NCBI GenBank assembly: GCA_020435335.1
Contig: JAGQZT010000107.1
Location: forward strand, 4,715 to 68,714
Direction: 5' to 3'
Length of the DNA stretch: 64,000 nucleotides
Origin: Flavobacteriales bacterium
Lineage (GTDB): Bacteria; Bacteroidota; Bacteroidia; Flavobacteriales_E; Vicingaceae
Shown: piece after piece, positions 1 to 8,955 of the stretch
How the letters are laid out: each line of letters starts with the position of its first letter
How positions within the stretch are numbered: the stretch's first letter is position 1
Program-made: the position numbers and the translations under genes
Notes under the pieces: model-generated
The model's input: only the letters and a program-made list of their open reading frames with translations
Told to the model about the DNA's origin: nothing
Databases searched by the model: none

Positions 1-15
1 GGTATTTATTACCAA

Positions 16-1734
16 TTAATAGGTAAACGGAATCGAACGCACTGTTTTATTGCCGACCCCGTCAGTTAGTTCCAGGGTGAATTCGTGATTGCCCTTGCTC
101 AGGTCTTCGATGGTGTAGAATACTTTCGATTTTTTAGCCTCATATTCCATGATCACCCATTTCCCGTCGATGCTGCCGCGGTAGCTTTTGATGCCGGACA
201 GGTTGTCGCCAATTTTGAATTCGATTTCGTTGTACGTGGCCATGTGCCGGTCGGGGATAATGTTTAACGGTACGATCGTAGGCGCTATGGTGTCGATCAT
301 CACGGCAAAACCACCGAAGGCTTTTGTTGTGGCCGAGATAAAATTATTCCGCCAGGTCCCTCCGCGGGAATAGTATTTCTTATTGCTGTCAAAATGAACG
401 ATGGTCGCTTTGCTTCGGAGGTATTCACTCAATCGTCCCACTTTGATGGATATGGTAATCGGCTTATGCAAAGGAGTGTAGTCGTTATGCACAAAGTAAG
501 TAGGTGTGATGGCCCCCTGGAGGGTGTCTGCCTCAAAGTAGTTGAAAGGTAAGTCTTTATACAGGGCGTCTTTTGGGATTCTGACTTGCAGGGTTTGCCG
601 GTCGAAAAAATTACTGTCGGCATAGCTGAACAAGGTGTCGTACTTTTGTTTGATCACAGCCGGCAGGTTCTTTTTATCGATGTTTCCGGTTGCTTTGAAG
701 CTGATGGAAGAACTGTTGCTGTAGCTGTCGTTTACCACGTATTTAAAATTGAATTGACTTCCTTTTTTGAAGTGAATGATCCCGTTGTTTTCCTGTTCTC
801 TATAAATTTCCAGGGGATTGTTGGGCTCGATGAAGCTGCGCTGAAAACGAACATGTTCACGCAAGTAGTAACTGTAGTCAATTAAAGAGTTCAAAGCCCT
901 GGAATGATCAAAATTGAATTTGGTCATTTCTGACTTGAAAATGGTTTTTTCATCCTTAATCAGTTCTATGGTATAGATGCCGTTTCGGTTACCGTAGCCA
1001 TTCAATTTGTCGATGGTTTCGATTCCGATTCCGATTTGTCCGTAGGCCTGAATTTCCGTTCCGGCTTTGAGCTGATAGTTGCCGTCGCTTCCGGTTACCA
1101 GAAAGCGTTGAACCTGTTGTTTATTGTTTATGTAGCTGGTGTCGTCGAGTGGTGTAAAGGTGATGCTCCGGATTTCGGGCTTGATGTTGTCTTTGATGTC
1201 GAATCCGAATAAGAGCGGATTAACGGGGTATTCCGATTCCGTTTCCCGGATCTCGTAGTGGAGGTGTGGCCCGCCGGAACCACCGGTATTCCCTGAAATG
1301 GCGATCACATCACCTTTTTTTACTTTCAGCAAGGTGTCGGGCGGGTACCAGTCGATTTCCCAGCTTTCCTTTTCGTGCTGGTATTTTTTGATTTCATCGG
1401 CAATAGCGCCCTTGAATTTTTGCAGGTGGGCGTAAACGGTGGTGTATCCGTTCGGGTGGTCGATGTAGATCACTTTGCCGTAGCCCCAGGGCGAAATTTT
1501 GACCCGGGAAACATGTCCGTCGGCTGAAGCATAGACTTTAAATCCTTCCTTTCCCTGGGTTTTAATGTCGATTCCTGAATGGAAATGGTTGGAGCGCAAT
1601 TCACCGAAATTCCCGGCCAGGTAGAGCGGAATGCCCAGGGGAGCCTGAAAATAACCTTTCGGGAAAGAGGTTTGGGAGAAAGTGATGCTCCATAAGCAGG
1701 TCAATATCAAAGTGGCAATTGTACGTCTCATCAT
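16..1734 (-). CDS. M23 family (LytM-like) metallopeptidase, secreted
   Basis: 572-aa ORF with an N-terminal signal peptide. Carries HSGIDI (HxxxD) and GNTGGSGGPHLHYEIR motifs typical of peptidase M23. Confidence 0.85.
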   Translation of the reverse strand: MMRRTIATLILTCLWSITFSQTSFPKGYFQAPLGIPLYLAGNFGELRSNHFHSGIDIKTQGKEGFKVYASADGHVSRVKISPWGYGKVIYIDHPNGYTTVYAHLQKFKGAIADEIKKYQHEKESWEIDWYPPDTLLKVKKGDVIAISGNTGGSGGPHLHYEIRETESEYPVNPLLFGFDIKDNIKPEIRSITFTPLDDTSYINNKQQVQRFLVTGSDGNYQLKAGTEIQAYGQIGIGIETIDKLNGYGNRNGIYTIELIKDEKTIFKSEMTKFNFDHSRALNSLIDYSYYLREHVRFQRSFIEPNNPLEIYREQENNGIIHFKKGSQFNFKYVVNDSYSNSSSISFKATGNIDKKNLPAVIKQKYDTLFSYADSNFFDRQTLQVRIPKDALYKDLPFNYFEADTLQGAITPTYFVHNDYTPLHKPITISIKVGRLSEYLRSKATIVHFDSNKKYYSRGGTWRNNFISATTKAFGGFAVMIDTIAPTIVPLNIIPDRHMATYNEIEFKIGDNLSGIKSYRGSIDGKWVIMEYEAKKSKVFYTIEDLSKGNHEFTLELTDGVGNKTVRSIPFTY

Positions 1735-1847
1735 AACTTAGTAGGTCAAATATCCGGCCAAACCGTACTGGCAAAGCTATCCAGAGACTTTTGAAAAAAT
1801 CGCATCAATTTATTAATGATATTCACATGACCTAGTGTAAAAAAAAC

Positions 1848-1855
1848 TACCTTTG
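1848..1855 (+). promoter_or_regulatory. Bacteroidota -7 promoter box TACCTTTG (TAnnTTTG)
   Basis: Exact TAnnTTTG match 39 nt upstream of the ATG at 1894. Confidence 0.5.
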
Positions 1856-1893
1856 TATAGGTTGATTTATCAACTTAATGATAATATTTGGGT

Positions 1894-2178
1894 ATGAAAG
1901 ATGTGTCTCTTCTGACGAGTGGGATCAGGCAAAAAGTTGAAAAACTGATTGCCAAGCAAAGTTCGCTACAGTCAGAAAATACGAAGCTTTCGGAACAAAT
2001 AATTAAAATTAAACAAGAGTTAGAAGAGAAAAGTCAACGCATTTCGGAGTTGGAAGACAAAGTTAACATGCTGAAGATTGCCGGAAGTGTTGATAGTGAA
2101 AGTACCAAAGAAGTGAAGTTGAAAATAAACGAAATGGTACGGGAGATTGATAAATGTATTGCTCAAATTAACAGATAA
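1894..2178 (+). CDS. Small coiled-coil protein upstream of zapA (ZapB-like by position only)
   Basis: 94 aa, heptad-rich Lys/Glu/Leu sequence. Lies 15 nt upstream of zapA. The ATG at 1894 is preferred over the TTG at 1888. Confidence 0.6.
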   Translation: MKDVSLLTSGIRQKVEKLIAKQSSLQSENTKLSEQIIKIKQELEEKSQRISELEDKVNMLKIAGSVDSESTKEVKLKINEMVREIDKCIAQINR

Positions 2179-2192
2179 TTTTAAAATCCCAC

Positions 2193-2477
2193 ATGGGGGA
2201 GTTGTCGATAAAAATTAAGATTGCAAACAGGGTCTATCCGCTTACGGTGAAGATGGATGAGGAAGAAGGGGTTCGGAAAGCGGCAGAAGACATCAACCGG
2301 TCGATCAACGAGTTTGAACGCCTGTATGATGTAAAAGACAAGCAAGACCTGTTGGCAATGGCTGCCTTAAAAGTAGCATCGCGCAACTTCGAGCTGGAAA
2401 AGAAAGGTGTGATGGATGGTGCCTCGATCGAAGAGGATTTAAAAGAGATTGACGCTTTATTGAGTCAGCAACTGTAG
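2193..2477 (+). CDS. zapA: Cell division protein ZapA
   Basis: 94 aa. The N-terminal IKIANRVYPLTV...EEE...AAEDIN and C-terminal helix match the ZapA family layout. Confidence 0.75.
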   Translation: MGELSIKIKIANRVYPLTVKMDEEEGVRKAAEDINRSINEFERLYDVKDKQDLLAMAALKVASRNFELEKKGVMDGASIEEDLKEIDALLSQQL

Positions 2478-2775
2478 GTTCTTTGTAATATACACTTGAG
2501 CAAAATTTATCGAGAATATTAAAAATTCCCGTGCAAAATTATTTCGTTTGATAAACTAACGTTTATTTATTTAGAGCCAGGCTCATAAGTAACCTAAAAC
2601 AGGCCCCTCGTAACTCCGCAAGGATATTCATTTCGATGGACATGGGAAGTTTGACCATACTTGGCAGCTCTATTTATTTTTTTTATTGGGTTTATCCAAG
2701 CCATTTTTGTACGGGTTTTTTTATGCTCAATAATCACGTTTCACTTTCAGGTACACGAATTAAATTTTTTAAAAA

Positions 2776-4317
2776 ATGGACATAGTAAGTATTATTATCG
2801 GCCTTGTTGCAGGTGCCGGTATTGCCGGAGTGGTTGTTGCCATGGTAATGAAAAACAGCGCCAATGCCAAAGGCAACAAAATCATCGAAGAAGCTAAGGC
2901 TGAAGGTGAGGTGCAAAAGAAAGAAAAGATCCTTCAGGCCAAGGAAAAATTCCTGCAGTTGAAGGAAGAACATGAGAAAGTGATCAACGAGCGGGAGCGT
3001 AAGATCGCTGAAATGGAAAACAAGATCAACCAGAAAAATCAGCAGGCTTCCAAGCAGATCGAAGACGTAAAACGTAAAGAGAACGAGATCGATCGGGTAA
3101 AAGAAACCCTGAACAAACAGCTGGAGATCATCGAGAAAAAAGAATCTGAACTCGATAAATCTCACCGTAAGCAGGTGGAGCAACTGGAAACCATTTCCGG
3201 GTTATCTGCCGAAGATGCCAAAGCTCAACTGGTGGAAGCCCTGAAGGACGAAGCCCGTACCGAAGCCATGGCACACATCAAAGACATTGTAGACGAGGCG
3301 AAGATCAACGCGAACAAAGAAGCCCGTAAAATTGTGGTTCAAACGATTCAGCGGGTTGCTACGGAACAGGCTATCGAAAATTCGGTATCCGTTTTCAACA
3401 TCGAAAGCGACGAGATCAAAGGACGGATCATCGGCCGGGAGGGAAGAAACATTCGTGCCCTGGAAGCCGCAACCGGTGTGGAGATCATCGTGGATGATAC
3501 ACCTGAGGCCATCATCTTATCCTGCTTCGATCCGGTACGTCGTGAGATTGCCCGTTTGTCATTGCACCAATTGGTAACCGACGGACGGATTCACCCGGCC
3601 CGTATCGAGGAAGTGGTTCGTAAAACCAAAAAACAGATCGAGGAAGAGATCATCGAAGTGGGTAAACGGACCACCATCGATTTGGGTATCCACGGATTGC
3701 ATCCGGAGTTGGTGCGGATGGTCGGTCGTATGAAATACCGTTCGTCTTACGGACAAAACCTGTTGCAACACTCCAGAGAGGTTGCTAACTTATGTGCCAC
3801 CATGGCTTCCGAACTGGGCTTAAACCCGAAAGTAGCCAAACGAGCCGGATTACTCCACGATATCGGGAAAGTGCCGGACGATGAACCGGAATTGCCACAC
3901 GCAATCCTCGGTATGAAACTGGCCGAGAAGTACAAAGAGAAAGCGGATGTTTGTAACGCCATCGGAGCTCACCACGATGAGATCGAAATGACCTCCATTA
4001 TTTCTCCGATCGTTCAGGTATGTGATGCCATTTCCGGTGCACGACCAGGTGCCCGTCGTGAGATCATGGAACAATACATCAACCGGATCAAAGACCTCGA
4101 GAATATCGGTATGTCTTACCCGGGTGTTGAGCAGGCTTACGCGATTCAGGCCGGTAGAGAGCTGCGTGTGATCGTTGAAAGCGGTAAAGTGAGCGACGCC
4201 GAAGCCGATACCATGTCGTTCGAACTGGCTCAGAAGATCCAAACGGAAATGACGTATCCCGGACAGGTAAAGGTTACCGTAATTCGGGAAAAACGGGCCG
4301 TGAACTACGCAAAATAA
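2776..4317 (+). CDS. rny: Ribonuclease Y
   Basis: 513 aa with an N-terminal TM helix, a long Lys/Glu coiled coil, a KH domain ([12 protein letters not shown]) and an HD domain (LLHDIGK...GAHH). Confidence 0.95.
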   Translation: MDIVSIIIGLVAGAGIAGVVVAMVMKNSANAKGNKIIEEAKAEGEVQKKEKILQAKEKFLQLKEEHEKVINERERKIAEMENKINQKNQQASKQIEDVKRKENEIDRVKETLNKQLEIIEKKESELDKSHRKQVEQLETISGLSAEDAKAQLVEALKDEARTEAMAHIKDIVDEAKINANKEARKIVVQTIQRVATEQAIENSVSVFNIESDEIKGRIIGREGRNIRALEAATGVEIIVDDTPEAIILSCFDPVRREIARLSLHQLVTDGRIHPARIEEVVRKTKKQIEEEIIEVGKRTTIDLGIHGLHPELVRMVGRMKYRSSYGQNLLQHSREVANLCATMASELGLNPKVAKRAGLLHDIGKVPDDEPELPHAILGMKLAEKYKEKADVCNAIGAHHDEIEMTSIISPIVQVCDAISGARPGARREIMEQYINRIKDLENIGMSYPGVEQAYAIQAGRELRVIVESGKVSDAEADTMSFELAQKIQTEMTYPGQVKVTVIREKRAVNYAK

Positions 4318-4340
4318 GTATTGAAATAACGTTAAAGGAT

Positions 4341-4368
4341 TGCCGGATTTATTCCGGCATCTTTTTTT
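4341..4368 (+). terminator. Rho-independent terminator after rny
   Basis: Stem tgccgga / tccggca with loop tttat, followed by tcttttttt. Confidence 0.75.
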
Positions 4369-4409
4369 AGGAGCTGCAACAACACCGGAAATAGCTATAT
4401 TTGAGGGTC

Positions 4410-5288
4410 ATGAAAGTAGGTCACATCATCATAGGCGCAGGACGATCAGGAACCACCAGCTTGGTGGCTTACCTGAAACAGCATTCCGATGTCAATTTCT
4501 CGTCCATCAAAGAAGTGACTTATTTTTCGGTCGATGATCATTACCGCCGCGGGGAGGAATTTCTGCATTCCTTTTATTCCACCGATTCGGGATGCCTGGC
4601 GACTTCAGATACGTATTTGCTGATGAGCCGGGAGGCTCCCAAACGGATTCAGGCGTATAATCCGAAGATGAAACTGACGGTTATTCTCCGTGAACCCGGC
4701 GATCGCAGTTATTCCAATTACCATTTTTCCGTTAACCAGGGCTATATCGATCCTGATGTTTCATTCATACAAAGTGAAGCGAAAGAGCAAGAGATGTTAA
4801 AAACAGGAGATGTTATCGCTCAGAATAACCATGGGAACTTCTATGGTAGTCTCTACCACAAGCACCTTGCTTATTGGTTGCAATATTTCGATCGAAAGCA
4901 ACTTTTTATTTGTACCACCAAACAGCTAAAAGAAGATCCGGAAGGGCTGATGCTGGCTTATTTCCGGTTTTTAGGGTTGTCGCCGATAGAACCGGAGCCG
5001 TTGGAAGCTCAGCATGCAGCTGCTGCGGTTAAGAGTAAACGACTCAACCGTTTTCTGGTTAATCGTGACCACTGGCTGAGAAGAGTTGTTCGAAAACCCT
5101 TACAGATCGGGTTTGTGCGAAGAGCTGTAATCGGCAGCAATGTAGTAGACAAGATCAAGGCCAAAAACCGCGAGGAATTGTCCTATCCTCCCATGACGAA
5201 AGAAGAGCGTCAGTTTTGCAACGATTATTTTAAGGCTGATCTGGCCGCTTTAAAGCAAGATTTCGGAATCGAATTCAATGGACATTAA
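4410..5288 (+). CDS. Sulfotransferase family protein
   Basis: Has the PAPS 5'-phosphosulfate-binding loop GAGRSGTTSL and a 3'-phosphate motif region REPGDRSYS. The ATG at 4410 is preferred over the TTG at 4401. Confidence 0.75.
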   Translation: MKVGHIIIGAGRSGTTSLVAYLKQHSDVNFSSIKEVTYFSVDDHYRRGEEFLHSFYSTDSGCLATSDTYLLMSREAPKRIQAYNPKMKLTVILREPGDRSYSNYHFSVNQGYIDPDVSFIQSEAKEQEMLKTGDVIAQNNHGNFYGSLYHKHLAYWLQYFDRKQLFICTTKQLKEDPEGLMLAYFRFLGLSPIEPEPLEAQHAAAAVKSKRLNRFLVNRDHWLRRVVRKPLQIGFVRRAVIGSNVVDKIKAKNREELSYPPMTKEERQFCNDYFKADLAALKQDFGIEFNGH

Positions 5289-7012
5289 TTTGCAAAGATC
5301 ATGCGTTTGGTGTCGCGGATAACATCGTCTACAACCAGACTGTAGCTGTAAATCCCAACCCGGCCATAACCATGGTCATAGATTACCTCATTCACTTCCT
5401 GGGTTAAACTGATGGGTAATGTTTCGACCAATTTACCCTGGATGTCACGAATTTCAATACAAGCTGTTTTATAAGCGGAAGGTTTTGATACTTTAACGCT
5501 AATGATCGTAGCTTCATCAAAAGGATTAGGTTTGTTTTGCAATAATTCAAACGGGTTTTGTTCTGAATTCATTTCTTCAACGCCCGTTGGAAGTACCATG
5601 ACTTCGTAGGAGAAGAGACTTTCAATGCTGTCGTTGTCAGCGGAAGCGACACTAATAAAATAAACACCGTTTTGAGGGGGGTAAATGGTGTCAGTGGTGC
5701 TACTTATCGTATACACCGAATCCCAGTCATTATCAACAGTTCGAATCCCAACCCGGTATTGGTTGTATTGTGTTTGTGTGGTGATGTTGATTGTAATACC
5801 CGGCCCATTTACCACACCGGCTGAAAAATTTGGAGTAAAAGGTCCAATGGCTGCCATTGTAGCTCCCACACCATTGATGACAGCATTTCTGCTGAGGTAA
5901 TTGAAGTCTACAAAAAAGCTGTCAATAATTAAGTCATTATTGGTATCCACTCCCAAAATATCGCTACTGGTATGTTGCCTGTCGGTATAACCAACACCGT
6001 TTGAAGCATCGCCGTGTTCGTTGGCCGATGTAAAACGCATGGCCGGGAATCCTTTTTGCCTGAAAGGGATATGATCTCCCCCACGTCCGGTCCGATCTTC
6101 AGCCGACATGATGGAAAGGAGCATGGGAACAGCAACCTGTGCAACTAACTCCTCTTTATATTGTAGTTTGATGAAACGAGCAAGCTGTTTGTTTGACGAA
6201 TTAAATCCGCCATAAGAGAACAGGCGAACCTGAAGGCTGTCTACATCGCCATACCCGGGGCAAGATGGGGGAGAAGACGTTTGTCCGCAGTAAATTCCTC
6301 CGATCACATCGTTATTCAGCACGGCTTTAATAGGAATACTATTGTCAACCGCATATTGGGCGAAGGCATTGGCACCATAGAGTCCCTGTTCTTCACCTAT
6401 CGTGGCCATAAAAACAATGGTGTTTTTATAGGTATACCTGCTCATCACCCGGGCGAGTTCCAGGACCAATGCTGTTCCTGAGCCGTTGTCTTCCATACCT
6501 TCTGCCAAACACAGGCTGTCGCAGACATCGCTACACCGGCTGTCAATGTGCCCTTCTATAATGATCACTTCGTGATTTACACTATCGGTCCCCGGTAAAA
6601 CAGCCAGGATGTTCTTGTGTTGGTTTACATTGCAGATTTGCTGATCAAATTGCAAATAGGATACTACAAGGCGGTTTTCATTCTCCGCACTGATCTGTTG
6701 AAAGCGTTGATGAACCCATTTCCTTGCTGCACCGATTCCGGTAACAAGTGACGTTGTATCCGATCCGGTGTTTCTGTTTTGAAAAGTAGCTAAATGGAAA
6801 AGATAGGCCTTCAGCGAATCGGGATTTACCCGCAGATTAATCCCTTTTGTGATGCTGTCGTGATGATTAATGACATTACTTGCAGCATAATTCGCAGGAT
6901 TGTAATTTCCTTTTAGAACCTCTCCGGCAACCGGATTGGTGGTGAAAATATTGGATTGGGTAAAACTCAATAAGGAAATAAGTAAAAATGGAAATAAGGC
7001 TAAATATTTCAT
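5285..7012 (-). CDS. M28 family aminopeptidase with T9SS C-terminal sorting domain
   Basis: Signal peptide present. M28 metal-ligand blocks are IIIEGHIDS, EDNGSGTALVLELAR and GEEQGLYGA. The C-terminal ~80 aa (KPNPFDEATIISV...IYSYSLVVDD...MIFAN) look like a Por/T9SS CTD. Confidence 0.85.
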   Translation of the reverse strand: MKYLALFPFLLISLLSFTQSNIFTTNPVAGEVLKGNYNPANYAASNVINHHDSITKGINLRVNPDSLKAYLFHLATFQNRNTGSDTTSLVTGIGAARKWVHQRFQQISAENENRLVVSYLQFDQQICNVNQHKNILAVLPGTDSVNHEVIIIEGHIDSRCSDVCDSLCLAEGMEDNGSGTALVLELARVMSRYTYKNTIVFMATIGEEQGLYGANAFAQYAVDNSIPIKAVLNNDVIGGIYCGQTSSPPSCPGYGDVDSLQVRLFSYGGFNSSNKQLARFIKLQYKEELVAQVAVPMLLSIMSAEDRTGRGGDHIPFRQKGFPAMRFTSANEHGDASNGVGYTDRQHTSSDILGVDTNNDLIIDSFFVDFNYLSRNAVINGVGATMAAIGPFTPNFSAGVVNGPGITINITTQTQYNQYRVGIRTVDNDWDSVYTISSTTDTIYPPQNGVYFISVASADNDSIESLFSYEVMVLPTGVEEMNSEQNPFELLQNKPNPFDEATIISVKVSKPSAYKTACIEIRDIQGKLVETLPISLTQEVNEVIYDHGYGRVGIYSYSLVVDDVIRDTKRMIFAN

Positions 7013-7069
7013 AACTCAGGAAAATTTGTCCTAAAGATAACTAAATGAAGTGACACTTTAGTCCTGGAA

Positions 7070-7993
7070 TTAAAGCGTTAAATGCCTTTCTTTTTTCTCT
7101 GGATACACATCGGCTACAGTAACCAGTATGCCGGTTTCTTCCACCCCGCCAAAATCCGGATTGATGGCTGTGCCGAATGATTTCATGGTAGGAGACAGGC
7201 GCATGTAGGAGTTGATCAGCGGAGGGATGTTTTCGCCATGCTGGCGTAAGAACTGGTTTAAGACTTTAACACCTTCATCGAAATGCTTGCCTTCCAGTTC
7301 CTGTTTGAAATCATCGATATCGCTTCCGATTTCCAGGGGGTGAATCGGCCAAACCAGTTTTTCCTGATCAGGAAAATAACATGTTAAAAAGTATAACAAG
7401 GCGTTTCTGGCCGTGGTGTTGTATTTGTCGTACATGGTTACTTTTCCGAAGAAATACTTCATGTGTGGATGGTTAAGGACCAGGGCTCCCAGGCCATCCC
7501 ATAAATTATCGAGCGCGAATAACCCTTTCCGGGAATTTCCGGACTGGTATTCGGGGTGAATCCAGCTGCGACCCAATTCGATGGTGTAGGGCAGGTAATC
7601 GGTGATGAATCTTTCAGAAAAATTGAAATAGTTACGGGTAGAAAGCTCGATCTGATCGCTGTTCCCCTTCAATATTTTGGAGCAATCGATAAATCGGTAT
7701 CCTCCTGCAATGACTTTGTCTTCACGATCGTATACGATCAACTGGTCGTAGCAGTTTGCTGAAGTATCAAAATCGTCGATGTCGAGTTCTTTACCCGTAC
7801 CTCCGCCGGCAAGGGTAAAGGTCAGTTCGCGTAATCTGCCGATTTCACGCAGCACATTGGGAGCATTGTGGTAGTTTACGATGTATACTTCATTGTTTCC
7901 CTTGTTAACATGCCGTACAAAAGTCTTGTCGTTAAGCTCCTGTTCGATCAGCTCGATGGAAACGGGCGGTATGATATTCGGATTTGACATCAT
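7070..7993 (-). CDS. GNAT-fold N-acyltransferase, OlsB/GlsB-like (amino-acid lipid synthesis)
   Basis: 307 aa, hemolysin-like GNAT family, adjacent to an acyltransferase in the same orientation. This arrangement matches the Bacteroidota glycine-lipid locus. Confidence 0.6.
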   Translation of the reverse strand: MMSNPNIIPPVSIELIEQELNDKTFVRHVNKGNNEVYIVNYHNAPNVLREIGRLRELTFTLAGGGTGKELDIDDFDTSANCYDQLIVYDREDKVIAGGYRFIDCSKILKGNSDQIELSTRNYFNFSERFITDYLPYTIELGRSWIHPEYQSGNSRKGLFALDNLWDGLGALVLNHPHMKYFFGKVTMYDKYNTTARNALLYFLTCYFPDQEKLVWPIHPLEIGSDIDDFKQELEGKHFDEGVKVLNQFLRQHGENIPPLINSYMRLSPTMKSFGTAINPDFGGVEETGILVTVADVYPEKKERHLTL

Positions 7994-8065
7994 TCCAAAA
8001 ATAGAGAAATAACTATTTTTTAATAAAAAGATCAGGTAGAGTTACCAACAAAAATTGTTAGTATG

Positions 8066-8896
8066 TTATTTGTGTGCCGGGATCTGTTTTTTCATCCCGT
8101 GAACTTTAGATTCCATCCACTTGGCCCACTCCTGGTCCGACTTGCTGGCGTCGAAGGTTGATGCCGGAATCGGTTCGCCGAATACGATGTCGAGATTCTT
8201 GTGTTGCTGCTTGAAGGTTTCATCCGCTAAGTACAGCATTTCAATGTTGGCTTTAATGCCGAGCGATTCTCTTAAATTCGATAAACGATAGAAGAAATTG
8301 GACAGGTTTCCGCCTACATAGACCGGAATAATACTTTTTTCGTGTTTTTTAGCCCGGGTGATGAAGGTCTTTTTCCAGGAGAGGTCGGCTACCGTACCTT
8401 TCTTTTTCCGGCTCACCAATCCGGCGGGGAAAACAAATACTGCCTTATCGGAGGCAAAGAGTTCGTCGATTTTACTTAGGGAATTCTTCGAGTTGCTGCC
8501 GTGTTTGTTTACGCCGACGAATAATCCGGAGAGGTTCTTCAGGTTCATCAGAATGTCATTCACGATAAACTGCATATCCTTTCGGTAAGGTTCCATTACT
8601 GTTACCAGCGCCAGGGCATCGATTCCACCAAGGGGATGATTCGAAGCGAAAATGTAACCTCCTGTTTTTGGGATGTTTTCCGTTCCGAATGCCCGAACAT
8701 TTACATTGAACCGGGTAATGATGTCGCGGGCAAAATCGTAGTCGTACAGGTTCTTGTTCTCATCCAGAATTTGATTGATCTCGTCCTGATGAACGATCCG
8801 TTTCAGGTAATTCACGATCACCTTTGGTAACCATTTCAGCAATTTGGGATTCTTGCTTTTGATTACTTTTTCGATATCGATGAACTTTTCCTGCAT
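8066..8896 (-). CDS. Lysophospholipid/O-acyltransferase, PlsC superfamily (GlsA-like)
   Basis: 276 aa with the acyltransferase box SNHPLGGIDA and a downstream FPAG motif (VFVFPAGLVSR). Confidence 0.65.
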   Translation of the reverse strand: MQEKFIDIEKVIKSKNPKLLKWLPKVIVNYLKRIVHQDEINQILDENKNLYDYDFARDIITRFNVNVRAFGTENIPKTGGYIFASNHPLGGIDALALVTVMEPYRKDMQFIVNDILMNLKNLSGLFVGVNKHGSNSKNSLSKIDELFASDKAVFVFPAGLVSRKKKGTVADLSWKKTFITRAKKHEKSIIPVYVGGNLSNFFYRLSNLRESLGIKANIEMLYLADETFKQQHKNLDIVFGEPIPASTFDASKSDQEWAKWMESKVHGMKKQIPAHK

Positions 8897-8920
8897 GGAA
8901 CAAAAATAGAACTATCTGGT

Positions 8921-8955
8921 TGTTATTTGAAGTTTGAAGTTTGGAATTTGTTATT
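8921..8955. repeat. Heptamer-periodic tract TGNNNTT x5
   Basis: Reads tgttatt tgaagtt tgaagtt tggaatt tgttatt. It spans the pbpC stop codon to the region upstream of the 8896 start. Confidence 0.7.

Noticed and set aside
2560-2700. SRP (4.5S) RNA or canonical 6S RNA in the zapA-rny gap.
   Set aside because: There is no match to the conserved SRP domain IV sequence (GGAA tetraloop with AGCA/GGAAG loops). I could not draw a convincing 6S-type long closing helix plus central bubble. It is kept only as a low-interest candidate.
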